From IMG/VR virus record IMGVR_UViG_3300020577_010904, positions 34,043-98,042 of that record: 64,000 nucleotides of DNA; one strand, written 5' to 3'. Of this stretch, positions 56,401 through 64,000 are shown in pieces; the first letter of the stretch is position 1, and each line of letters starts with the position of its first letter. Under the pieces are notes generated by a model, which was not told the origin of the DNA, searched no databases, and worked only from the letters and a program-made list of their open reading frames with translations. Source of the stretch: a virus (Duplodnaviria > Caudoviricetes). The position numbers and the translations under genes were made by a program.

Positions 56401-56846
56401 GGAAAATTTGGATTTACTGAACAATCTAAGGAGGACTTAAAGTCAAACAGGCCTGTGACTGCGTTATCCACATACTGTTTATTCGCGGCATCTGATAATG
56501 CAGATGGCGAAGCCAACCCGGTAATCGTACCGCCGGTAATCGCAACCGAATTAGCATCCTGGGTGGCCAATGTGCCGAGCCCCAAGTCTGCGTACAGCTG
56601 CGCCATCGTCCGATTGGTCCAGGCGCCGGATTTCCGCTGAAGGACATCGTTGTTAGTAGGAGACAACCCGGCGATCGCCGTCAGATCGGAATCGAGTGCC
56701 TGATAGGAACCGGCCAGCCCCAGCGCTGAGATGACAGCCGCTGCAGACATTGCCTGGACGTCACCGATCGATCCTGAGGGGTTCCCCAGGAACGTGGTGG
56801 CAGGAACCAGCTTGATTGCCGAGTACGGGAAGACGTGTTGTCCCAT
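53409..56846 (-). CDS. Long repeat-containing fibre protein
   Basis: 1145 aa with four large repeats containing DAA.K.YVD and ARTNLGL fibre motifs, and a C-terminal TL.NPTN..DG......Q...YKW..G.AP.....VDIF.F domain. Confidence 0.85.
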   Translation of the reverse strand: MGQHVFPYSAIKLVPATTFLGNPSGSIGDVQAMSAAAVISALGLAGSYQALDSDLTAIAGLSPTNNDVLQRKSGAWTNRTMAQLYADLGLGTLATQDANSVAITGGTITGLASPSALSDAANKQYVDNAVTGLFDFKSSLDCSVNPNFPAAVKGDAYVVAIAGHIGGSSGPAVDVGDVFFANGDNAGGIAASVGTSWTILEHNLVGAALTANNLSDLANVATARSNLGLVIGTNVQAYDADLSAIAALSPTNDDLLQRKAGAWTNRTLGQVMSDMGLAGTYQGLDSDLTTIAGLTPTDNDVLQRKSGAWANRTLAQLASDMNLAATYQPLDSDLTAIAALGTTTYGRSLLTQADAAALRTTAGLGTLATQNAASVAITGGTITGLGTPSADSDAATKKYVDDSVTGLLDFKGGTDCSGNPNYPAASKGDAYVCTVSGKIGGASGATINAGDVFFATADNAGGTQASVGSSWAIVLHSASGGGSGDMLSSNNLSDLTDVSAARTNLGLVIGTNVQAYDADLGAIAALSPSNDDIIQRKAGAWTNRTMAQLATDLGLAASYQPLDSDLTAIAALSTTSFGRSVLTQADASALRTLAGLGTIATQDANNVAITGGTITGLGTPSDSTDAATKGYVDTAVTGLLDFKGSTDCSANPNYPAASKGDTYVVTVAGKIGGASGKSVDVGDMYLATADNAGGAEASVGTSWSVLEHNLVGALLAANNLSDIANAGTARTNLGLAIGTDVQAYNADLAAIAGLSPSNDDVLQRKAGAWTNRTIAQLATDLGLAASYQPLDSDLTAIAALTTTSFGRSVLTQSAAADLRTLAGLGTIATQNANAVAITGGTITGLGTPSSSSDAATKGYVDTAVTGLLEFQGSTDCSANPNYPAANKGDTYVVTVAGKIGGASGKSVDIGDMYLATADNAGGTEASVGTSWSVLEHNLVGALIASNNLSDVSNAGTARTNLGLAIGTNVQAYSAELAGVAALAATGVVARTASGTYAARTITGTTNVITVTNGDGVSGNPTLTVGSLVQRTDTAAVLTAQQNFGAVALTSSSAHIAWNLATAQMAKHTFTENTTLDNPTNMVDGGTYTIKFTQHASSPKTLAYGNAYKWAAGSAPTISATNGAVDIFTFVSDGTYMYGTAIKAFA
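53930..56710 (-). repeat. Four imperfect intragenic tandem repeats of about 0.7-0.8 kb
   Basis: TGL.DF...DCS.NPN.PAA.KGD.YV recurs near 56.4, 55.6, 54.9 and 54.2 kb. Confidence 0.9.
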
Positions 56847-56858
56847 TTGGAAAAATCC

Positions 56859-58172
56859 TTAGATTTCAACGACACCCGGCTGTTTTTGCCCCTTTAGAGC
56901 AACCAAATCAACGCAGGTCCGGATCATTTTCGAGTCGCGTTCTTCGGCATTGTCCCAAGTATCCCAAACCCGTAAATACTGAAAGCGGCACTTGTGCCCG
57001 CCGGCCATCGACGCAGCAGTCTTGTTCGTGAAGGTCTTGAACGTCAGCTGATTCCAGTAGCTGCGGTACAACGGGTTTGCGAAACCGCCGGAGTAGTCGG
57101 CAGACGGGACTGTGATTCGGAACCAACCGCCTGGTGCCAGGGCTTTGTAGCAGGCCTCGAAGAACGGCATGATCAGATGCCGATCGAGGTAAGGCAGCAT
57201 CCCGTGACAACGCAGTTCGCCGACAGAGTTTTCCGGCAGGTCTGACAGGCCCGGGAAGAAATACTCATTCGTGGCACCTACAGTGCGGCCAGCGGCCCCA
57301 CGCAGCGGATACACGATGTCCAGATCGGAGATCTGCCCGGTCGAGATCGCCAACTCGAGCCGTTGATATTTGTTCCGATTGCACCATTCAGCCACAACGG
57401 CAGCGACCCGCTGGTTAAAGATCTCGTACTGGAGCTTTTGAATGTCCGCATTCTTCTGTTTTGACGTACTGGTTTCGTGGGTACGGTAAACGTAAAGGCA
57501 TTCCTTGATCTGAATCATTTCCAGGCCTGCGACATAGCCACGGAGGATCAGGTCATAGTCATCGGCAACCGGCAATTCGGCCGAGTGGCCCCCAGCTTGT
57601 TCGTAGCCCTTTCTGGTCCATGCCCGAACGTGGTTCGGCGTGAACTGCAGACAACACAGTCCGCAAGGATCGACCGCAAAAGCCTTGGCGGCCTTGAGCA
57701 GGTGCCCTTTGTAGGTCACGTTGTACGTTTCCCAGCCCCAGTCTGCCCCGTACACCACGGGCTCCATTTTCTCGTTTACGGGTGCGAAGTCGGAGAACAG
57801 GAACTGGGCCTTGGTGACGTCCGTCGCGAGCGCCAGGCGTTCCAAGCATCGCGGCATGAGCAGATCGTCATGGTCGAACTCAACCAGCAGTTCTCCACGG
57901 CAATGTTCACAAGCGAACTTCTTCAGGGCACCCACATTGTCGAAGATTTCAGATGTGGGGAAGACTTTAACCCGCGGATCCGCAGTAATGCTGCGCGGAA
58001 TGGTCTTTAAGTCGCCGTTGGGGACGATTACCCACTCGAATTCCTTGTAAGTCTGATTCTTGAGCGACTTCCAGGCCTCTTCCAGGTAAATAAGGCTGTT
58101 GGTTGGCGTGAAAACAGAAATCAGCATCCGATGCCCTTCGTAAACGATTTTCACTGGTTGTAAGTGTTTCAC
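56859..58172 (-). CDS. GT2 glycosyltransferase fused to a class I methyltransferase-like domain
   Basis: ISVFTPT...SLKNQTYKEFEW, EFDHDDLL and ADDYDL indicate GT2. LPENSV...YKALAPGGW indicates the MTase-like domain. Confidence 0.85.
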   Translation of the reverse strand: MKHLQPVKIVYEGHRMLISVFTPTNSLIYLEEAWKSLKNQTYKEFEWVIVPNGDLKTIPRSITADPRVKVFPTSEIFDNVGALKKFACEHCRGELLVEFDHDDLLMPRCLERLALATDVTKAQFLFSDFAPVNEKMEPVVYGADWGWETYNVTYKGHLLKAAKAFAVDPCGLCCLQFTPNHVRAWTRKGYEQAGGHSAELPVADDYDLILRGYVAGLEMIQIKECLYVYRTHETSTSKQKNADIQKLQYEIFNQRVAAVVAEWCNRNKYQRLELAISTGQISDLDIVYPLRGAAGRTVGATNEYFFPGLSDLPENSVGELRCHGMLPYLDRHLIMPFFEACYKALAPGGWFRITVPSADYSGGFANPLYRSYWNQLTFKTFTNKTAASMAGGHKCRFQYLRVWDTWDNAEERDSKMIRTCVDLVALKGQKQPGVVEI

Positions 58173-58220
58173 CGGCAGTGAAACGAATTAAATCAGTGAA
58201 ACTCTACCAGAGGCCCTATC

Positions 58221-58257
58221 AAAAAACACACCCCGCCAAGATTTTCTTGACGGGGTG
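58221..58257 (-). terminator. Intrinsic terminator after the capsid gene block
   Basis: CACCCCGTCAAG-AAAAT-CTTGGCGGGGTG followed by TGTTTTTT. Confidence 0.85.
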
Positions 58258-58284
58258 GGCTTACGACAGGGGCTTGGCGTTGGC

Positions 58285-58662
58285 TTAGAGGCCGGCTTCG
58301 GAGACGCCACCAGGATTACTGAAGTAACCCCAGCAAGGTTCCATCACACCGACAACCCGGTTGCGGATCGTCAACTGTTGGACAGTGTCCGAGACATTGT
58401 CGTAGATGAAGACCGCAGGCGAGTGGATGATCACGATGTCAGTATCGTCGAGTGCCTTCTGGAACGAAGGAAACGCGCGATCCTGGTCATTCTTGGCCGC
58501 AATGCGAGTCACCAGATCGCCGCGGATCGCATATTCAGCGCCCGCGTCGAGCTTGACACCATGCGGAGGCAAGAACCCGAAGTACAACTGTACGCCGGAC
58601 ATGTTCTTCACAATCGTGTGAATACAGTCGAGGTAGTTAGGGCTAAGGCTGAGGGCGGGCAT
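58285..58662 (-). CDS. Hypothetical head-module protein
   Basis: 125-aa ORF with GAGG upstream, lying before the terminator. Confidence 0.65.
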   Translation of the reverse strand: MPALSLSPNYLDCIHTIVKNMSGVQLYFGFLPPHGVKLDAGAEYAIRGDLVTRIAAKNDQDRAFPSFQKALDDTDIVIIHSPAVFIYDNVSDTVQQLTIRNRVVGVMEPCWGYFSNPGGVSEAGL

Positions 58663-58718
58663 GGGTCGAATCCTCGCGAGTCAGTGAATCTTTACGCTTG
58701 CAGCTGGACAGCCAACAA

Positions 58719-59114
58719 CTAGCTGGCCTTCTGGGCGTCGAGCAGGTCTTGGGCGACGGCATTCTGGTAATCGAGAGCGGCCTTGGCAAGCTCAGGGTGC
58801 TGAGCCACAAAGTCTGCCGCGTACTTTTCGATCTGCAGTTCAGCCGCCTGACCTGCATTGATCTGACCGAGGCGCTCGGCCAAGCGTTGTTCCGCAATCA
58901 GCAAGGGATCGCCCTGATCGGCAGCCTGTTTGGCCATCTCGGCCGCTTTGGCTTGACGCAGCATCTGAGCCTGACGAAGCAAGGACTGGGCCTGCACTTC
59001 GGTTCGAGGCTCATAGCCGAATTCGGCGAGCTTGGTGAAGAAGGCGGGGACGTAGACCTGCGAGTAAAGCAGGTCTCCGGCCGTCTTCTGAATGTTAGCG
59101 TTATCGGTGGGCAC
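58719..59114 (-). CDS. Head-module protein rich in K-x-A
   Basis: GGAG precedes the GTG. 6 of 7 Lys are in K-x-A. Confidence 0.7.
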   Translation of the reverse strand: MPTDNANIQKTAGDLLYSQVYVPAFFTKLAEFGYEPRTEVQAQSLLRQAQMLRQAKAAEMAKQAADQGDPLLIAEQRLAERLGQINAGQAAELQIEKYAADFVAQHPELAKAALDYQNAVAQDLLDAQKAS

Positions 59115-59185
59115 GGTTTGCTCCGATCGTGTTTACAAAAAGCTGGAAAATGACACCACGATGCGGTTACCCGCGAGCAGTCAGA

Positions 59186-60148
59186 CTAGCTCACATCGAC
59201 GCGCGTGATACCACCGACGTTACCGATACCGCCACCGATGGTTTCGTACGGGAAGAACGAAATCATTTCGGCCCGACGTTCGATAAACATCGTCAAATCC
59301 GTCAACGAGTACGAGTACCCGATGAATTCTTCAGGGGCGAACATGTACATGGCGCCATCGGGCACGAGGTCGTACTTGATGGTGACCAGCCAGTTCGTGT
59401 TCATGAACTCGCCGCTGAGCCAGCTTCCTTCGGCACGACCGTGCTTCAGGAGTTCCTGGCTCATGTCACCCCCCATTTCGTCCCGGCCCCACTTCATGAA
59501 GTCGTAGGCGGTGATCTGGTTGATGACGCACTTGTCCGGACGAGCCTTGGTCGATCCAGCGGGGACCGACTTCATGGCTTCGGTGACTGTCGCACGGGTC
59601 CATCCACCGAGCAACTGCTTCCATTGGACGCGGTTGGTGAACGGAGACGTTTGATTGACGCCGATCATCGCGGCATTGAAGCCGTCGACAAACGCACGTC
59701 GGTCTTCTTCTTCTTGGACGTCGCGGATGCTGTGGTCGGTCAGCACCTGACGAATGTCGTACGGATAGACCCGCAATTCGTTCATGTGCTTCATGTGCGA
59801 GGGGCCGACGATCTCGGTGAAGTACACCGGGAAGTTGGCACCACGGATGAAGAACTGCCGCGGCGAACCCATGAATGGGATCGACATGGCTCCTGGAGAA
59901 CGAGGTTCCTTCCAGCAGAGCTTGACCGGCAAGTCGGATCCGAGCTGAGGGTTCAGCTCCGAGTCGTCGAGCTTGCGCATGGTCATGATCTTGCGGTAAG
60001 CGCCCTCTTCGCGCATTTCCGCACGGACAAAGTCCGACAGGTCGTCAGTTGCGGCCTGCTTGAGAGCCGGGTTATTCAGCTTCTCCAAGAAAGCCGAATT
60101 GATGACAGCGGCAGAGTGCTTTGTAGCCATGAGTGGGATCGCCTCCAT
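59186..60148 (-). CDS. Major capsid protein (HK97-fold inferred)
   Basis: 320 aa, downstream of protease, scaffold and decoration genes. R.EG..RKI, ELR.Y.YDIR and EED motifs with a C-terminal E..G.G beta strand. Confidence 0.75.
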   Translation of the reverse strand: MEAIPLMATKHSAAVINSAFLEKLNNPALKQAATDDLSDFVRAEMREEGAYRKIMTMRKLDDSELNPQLGSDLPVKLCWKEPRSPGAMSIPFMGSPRQFFIRGANFPVYFTEIVGPSHMKHMNELRVYPYDIRQVLTDHSIRDVQEEEDRRAFVDGFNAAMIGVNQTSPFTNRVQWKQLLGGWTRATVTEAMKSVPAGSTKARPDKCVINQITAYDFMKWGRDEMGGDMSQELLKHGRAEGSWLSGEFMNTNWLVTIKYDLVPDGAMYMFAPEEFIGYSYSLTDLTMFIERRAEMISFFPYETIGGGIGNVGGITRVDVS

Positions 60149-60223
60149 GCGAATAAACGGTCAGCAGGGTCTCTGCCGCAAAACATCCTTGTTTTGACAC
60201 AGACAGTCGGTGAGTAATCAGGC

Positions 60224-60811
60224 TTAGGAGTCGGTCGTTCCGGGGAAGAACAGAGTCCAGAAGCCCAACACCGTGTTACCGGTCGTCAGGGTCGCGGGCG
60301 GGCGACACACCTGCCCACAAATCGTCTTCGTGGTACCACCACCAACCCAAGGGGCGGTCAGGGCGGTGTTGGTACCGGGTTGAACATTGGTCAGCACACC
60401 AGCAGTATCCTGGATGGTGTTCGTCGAAGCGGCGGTGAGGAAGTCACCAATCGCATAGGTCTTCGTGCTGTCGTACTCGGTTGTCGAGACTTCGTACCCA
60501 CCGGTCGCGACGAGCGCGGCCAGTGGATAGTTTCCGATCGACTGCCAGTACGGAACGATGGTCGGCTGATGACCGTAAGGAACGGTCCCCTTGAAGAAGA
60601 TACAGGGCATCTTCTTAGCCACGCAGCCCATTTCCCACTCGCCAACCGAGTTGAGATGGCACACGCGACCTTCGTAGGGCACGATCGAGACGTTGCTCGA
60701 GAGCTTCGCGACGAAGTCCAGGCGTTGACCAGGAGCCATGTCATAGCCCGCGGTCACGTCCATCGTGTGTTGGAAAATGTCAGCCGGAGTTGTGATGGTG
60801 GCTTGGGTCAC
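60224..60811 (-). CDS. Capsid decoration/cement-like protein
   Basis: Directly upstream of the capsid gene. GYEVSTTEYD...Y.IGD.LT beta-rich pattern. Confidence 0.55.
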   Translation of the reverse strand: MTQATITTPADIFQHTMDVTAGYDMAPGQRLDFVAKLSSNVSIVPYEGRVCHLNSVGEWEMGCVAKKMPCIFFKGTVPYGHQPTIVPYWQSIGNYPLAALVATGGYEVSTTEYDSTKTYAIGDFLTAASTNTIQDTAGVLTNVQPGTNTALTAPWVGGGTTKTICGQVCRPPATLTTGNTVLGFWTLFFPGTTDS

Positions 60812-60879
60812 TGGGAGGCTCCTGTTTCAAACAGAACAAAATATCGGGGTGATTCGCCGGTCAGGTTAAAGGTCAGAAC

Positions 60880-61299
60880 TTAGCCGTCAAGTTCGTCGGG
60901 ATTCAAGCCCAACTTGCGAACGAATTCGTCGTGGTGCGCTGAACGCCGTTTGCTTGCACGCTTGTTACTGGTCGCCGGCTGAGCGGCCGGTTGCGTGGGC
61001 GACACGGCAGTGCCCAGGCCTGGAGGATCGTTTTCGGGATCGGCCATACTCGCACCAGCCAGCTTGACCAACTGGGTGAGGGCATAAGCCGGATCGGACA
61101 AGTGCTGAATCGCAACGGCACGAGATGCCGCTTTGAGGAAGCCCATGGCAATCAGGCTGTCGACAGTTTCGGGAACCTTGTTGGCATACGCATCGCGCGC
61201 CGACTCGGCAGCCGCCAGCTTCTTGCTGGTGTCATCCAGCTGAGCAGCTGTAACTTCGACAAAGTGCGCCATCTTGGCGTGCAGGTTTGGCTCGGTCAT
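60880..61299 (-). CDS. Scaffold-like head protein
   Basis: 139-aa helical ORF with several K-x-A. Confidence 0.55.
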   Translation of the reverse strand: MTEPNLHAKMAHFVEVTAAQLDDTSKKLAAAESARDAYANKVPETVDSLIAMGFLKAASRAVAIQHLSDPAYALTQLVKLAGASMADPENDPPGLGTAVSPTQPAAQPATSNKRASKRRSAHHDEFVRKLGLNPDELDG

Positions 61300-61345
61300 T
61301 GGTGAGGTTCCCTCAAAAATATCTTGTGGACAATCGTTCGATTGC

Positions 61346-62812
61346 CTAGTTGATACGCAGTTCCATCAACATGGTCTTCGAACGGTCGGCAATTTGTCGA
61401 GCACGCTTGTTCGACGGCGCGGCCAGCTGGAAGCGACCTTCCCGTTGAAACTGTCGTGCAGCAGACGCCATCTTGTAGAGAGTCGACGCCATTTTCGGCG
61501 GCATCCCTCCACCCATCGGATCACCACCGGGTGCCATACCAGCCGGAGCCGGAGGCATTCCAGCGCCAGGAGGCATTCCACCGCCGCCAGCACCAGGAGC
61601 ACCGCCAGGCATTCCGCCAGGAGCGCCACCAGCCGGGGCAGCTTGAGCCGCCTGCATGACTTCTTCGGGGGAGATATTCAGTTCTTGCATGGCAATCAAG
61701 AGGCCTTGAAGCAATTCTTCACGGCTCACCTGTCCACCGCCATCCAAGCCACCTTGAGCAGCAGGATCCCCGCCACCAGGAGGACCGCCAGCCCCGGGAG
61801 GGCCACCGGCATCACCACCGAACTGACTCGCAGCAGCTTCCGCAACGGGATCCCCGCCACCGCCACCAGGAGCTGCGGGCGCACCACCGGAAGCGTCACC
61901 GCCCCCTTCTTCACCGGTCGTTGAACCGGCGGCAGATGCGTCCGCTTCAGGTTTTTTTGGCTTTTCTTCACCGCCTCCACCTTCTTCGTCCCCGTGTTCG
62001 GACGGCATTTCGGAGGCGGACTTTTGCAACCAGGCGGCAACCAGTTCAGCGTCGGCAAAGCCGTCACTGATCGTGCCACCAATCGTTGCCTGAGCGCGCT
62101 GATCGGCACTCATCTTTTCCATACCGAGCACGCGGGCCAATTCATAGCCAGCCTGAGCTTCGGCAACCAAGGCAGCTGCGTTAGGAGTTCCTTCAGCAGC
62201 AGTCTTGGGAACGGCAGCAGTGCCCGGCGTCCCTGCCGGAGTCCCTTGCGGAATTGCAGATCCTTCTGCAGCGCCTGCCGTCTTCGGTTGAACACCAGCT
62301 GCGGTCGCGATGCTCGCGAGCAGCTCATTAGCCAACTTGGTCAGATAGTTGCCACGATCAGGGCTCGCGAGTTTCAAGAACTCGGGGACCGAGGCATACT
62401 TTTGGCCGTCATCGAACTTCGCGTTGGTCGAAGTGCCGACACCAGGCTCATTGAGCGTGCTGCCATAGTCATCTTCGAGAGCGGGGTCATGACCGACCGT
62501 GGTTTGTTTCAGATTGACACTGCCCTGGATCGAATTCGGATCCGTTGGGGTGGCGTCGGGAAGGGCGTCAATTGAGCCCGGTCCCATCTCCTTGATTTCC
62601 TTGGACAACTGCTGGGCAAAAGAGCCGTCAGTCAGCTTTTCGGGATTGGCGTCGTTAGGAACCGATTTGGTCGGGCTCGTGGTATCGCTACCAGTGGCTC
62701 CTTGACCCTTTGGCTCCCCGCCACCGACATTTTCGTGTGCAGTCTTCGGCAACGCCGCTGGCACTTCTGCCAAGAGCTGTTCGAAATCTGCATAAAGCGA
62801 GCGAGTGGGCAT
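61346..62812 (-). CDS. Low-complexity scaffold or internal head protein
   Basis: 488 aa with Gly/Pro/Met-rich and acidic tracts and repeated KTA/KLA/KMA. Confidence 0.6.
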   Translation of the reverse strand: MPTRSLYADFEQLLAEVPAALPKTAHENVGGGEPKGQGATGSDTTSPTKSVPNDANPEKLTDGSFAQQLSKEIKEMGPGSIDALPDATPTDPNSIQGSVNLKQTTVGHDPALEDDYGSTLNEPGVGTSTNAKFDDGQKYASVPEFLKLASPDRGNYLTKLANELLASIATAAGVQPKTAGAAEGSAIPQGTPAGTPGTAAVPKTAAEGTPNAAALVAEAQAGYELARVLGMEKMSADQRAQATIGGTISDGFADAELVAAWLQKSASEMPSEHGDEEGGGGEEKPKKPEADASAAGSTTGEEGGGDASGGAPAAPGGGGGDPVAEAAASQFGGDAGGPPGAGGPPGGGDPAAQGGLDGGGQVSREELLQGLLIAMQELNISPEEVMQAAQAAPAGGAPGGMPGGAPGAGGGGMPPGAGMPPAPAGMAPGGDPMGGGMPPKMASTLYKMASAARQFQREGRFQLAAPSNKRARQIADRSKTMLMELRIN

Positions 62813-62838
62813 TTGTGACTCCGTGACTGTTTGCCGTG

Positions 62839-64000
62839 TCAGTTGGTCTGATTCTGCAGAAGGCTCAATGTGGCCGTCAATCCCAGGTTTTCGTTTCGCG
62901 CGTTTCTATCCAGGGCTGACAAAACATACAAGGCATACTGTTGGGCGGCTTCTGCAGCAAGAGCACTTGAACTAGCACGTTTCTGCTGCGGGGCAGACGT
63001 TACGCTAAGTCCGCGAACCGATGCAATACCGATTCGTCGTGCAACTGCAGACTTTTCCAAGGAATAACTGGGGGCCATTTGGGCTGCCCAGACGCGGTAC
63101 TGCGAAGGGATCTGCTCGTAGCAAGTGAATGGATTCACAAGCGGACACTCAAGTCGCTCGTAAATTCCAGGCAATTCCGCACGAACAGAAGCCCCCGCCT
63201 TCTTCTGCCCAGTGATCAGTTCCACGAACTCATCAACGGGCAAAATAATTCCTTCATCGGCCAAAGCCGCGCATGCTTGGACGAGTTTTCGCTCGTCTCG
63301 CACGCCCTCTGGCACGACGAAATTGCCTGGTCGTCCACACTCCGAACAGCCTGCGGCGAACTTACCAAACTGATGCACGCGAGCTTCAATCCGCGCCATG
63401 TCTTGTGCCATTCGCGACAACTTCGTTTCGTACTCAGGCGTATAGATCAACTCGGCCAGTTCAGCGCCGCCAGTCATTGGGCCGTCACAGCCCGCTGTCT
63501 TACGCAGCGCTCCGATCAAAAACGAAATGCGATCCGCGCCGCGTTTGACGTGCGAAATGTCATTGAATTGCGGATCCGGATTGTCCGCATGAAGAATTGA
63601 ACCGTCCGCTTGGACTTCACCCATATGGTGCTTCAATCCACCAGCCTTGCACATGCTTTCCGTGCAGTAGCTTTTGGGTGTCTGGGCCTTGTTACCACAG
63701 TGACTGCAGATATCGTGTGAGACCGCGCAGCCCATGCTTGTGCTGATGTCTTCACCACTCGCGAGCTTGTGCATTTCGATGTCGGCCATCTGTGCGAGCG
63801 AACCGGACTCTGCTGCAGCAGCTTTTGTAGCGAAGAGGCCTGCAACCAGATCGATACGACGCATCTTCGGATGGAACTGTGAGAGTTTCACAGTGCCGTA
63901 GAACTTTGCACCTGGCCCAGATTTGTGCCCACGGAAAAACCGAGCGAACTTCACAAAGGTCGGATGATACTCTTCGCAGATCTTCTGTCGAAAGCCGTCA
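62839..64000 (-). CDS. Prohead (capsid maturation) protease, 5' end outside the window
   Basis: The frame is open to the edge (DGFRQKICEEYHPTFVKF). Candidate catalytic His in FRGH and Ser in TSMGC, Zn motif CSHCGN...C, and F.DIS.V...AD. Confidence 0.75.
   Translation of the reverse strand, partial: DGFRQKICEEYHPTFVKFARFFRGHKSGPGAKFYGTVKLSQFHPKMRRIDLVAGLFATKAAAAESGSLAQMADIEMHKLASGEDISTSMGCAVSHDICSHCGNKAQTPKSYCTESMCKAGGLKHHMGEVQADGSILHADNPDPQFNDISHVKRGADRISFLIGALRKTAGCDGPMTGGAELAELIYTPEYETKLSRMAQDMARIEARVHQFGKFAAGCSECGRPGNFVVPEGVRDERKLVQACAALADEGIILPVDEFVELITGQKKAGASVRAELPGIYERLECPLVNPFTCYEQIPSQYRVWAAQMAPSYSLEKSAVARRIGIASVRGLSVTSAPQQKRASSSALAAEAAQQYALYVLSALDRNARNENLGLTATLSLLQNQTN

Noticed and set aside
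53930-56710. Possible DGR template/variable repeat pair
   Set aside because: The repeats are in-frame protein modules, I saw no adenine-specific mismatch pattern, and there is no reverse transcriptase in the window.
59129-60217. 362-aa plus-strand ORF
   Set aside because: Antisense to the major capsid gene.
1-64000. Stop-codon reassignment
   Set aside because: Genes are long and tightly packed under the standard code, and TAA, TAG and TGA all act as stops.

Overview
This 64 kb window is part of a large tailed dsDNA phage with a contractile tail, probably of jumbo size. From about 17.9 to 64 kb, one minus-strand virion operon runs from the right edge leftwards: prohead protease (cut by the window edge), scaffold and internal proteins, decoration protein, major capsid protein, a repeat-rich fibre, neck proteins, sheath, tube, gp5/VgrG-like spike, tail chaperones with a likely -1 frameshift, tape measure, hub, an embedded sigma-70 factor, baseplate wedge genes, five tandem paralogous baseplate-associated genes and a collagen-like fibre. 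Three glycosyltransferase genes sit beside the two fibre genes. The first 17.9 kb holds an RNase H fragment, a displaced plus-strand GpA-type terminase large subunit, a histone-H1-like peptide, a kinase-like protein, a degenerate primase-like protein, GP88, an AAA+/DUF1257/DUF2997/DUF3150-like module and an EndoVII-type HNH nuclease. It also holds a structured cassette of about 920 bp bounded by inverted repeats. The best leads for new biology are the AAA+ module with shared C-terminal basic tails, a K-x-A motif marking head proteins, the structured cassette and fibre-linked glycosylation. All family calls come from motif recognition by eye, with no database searches.
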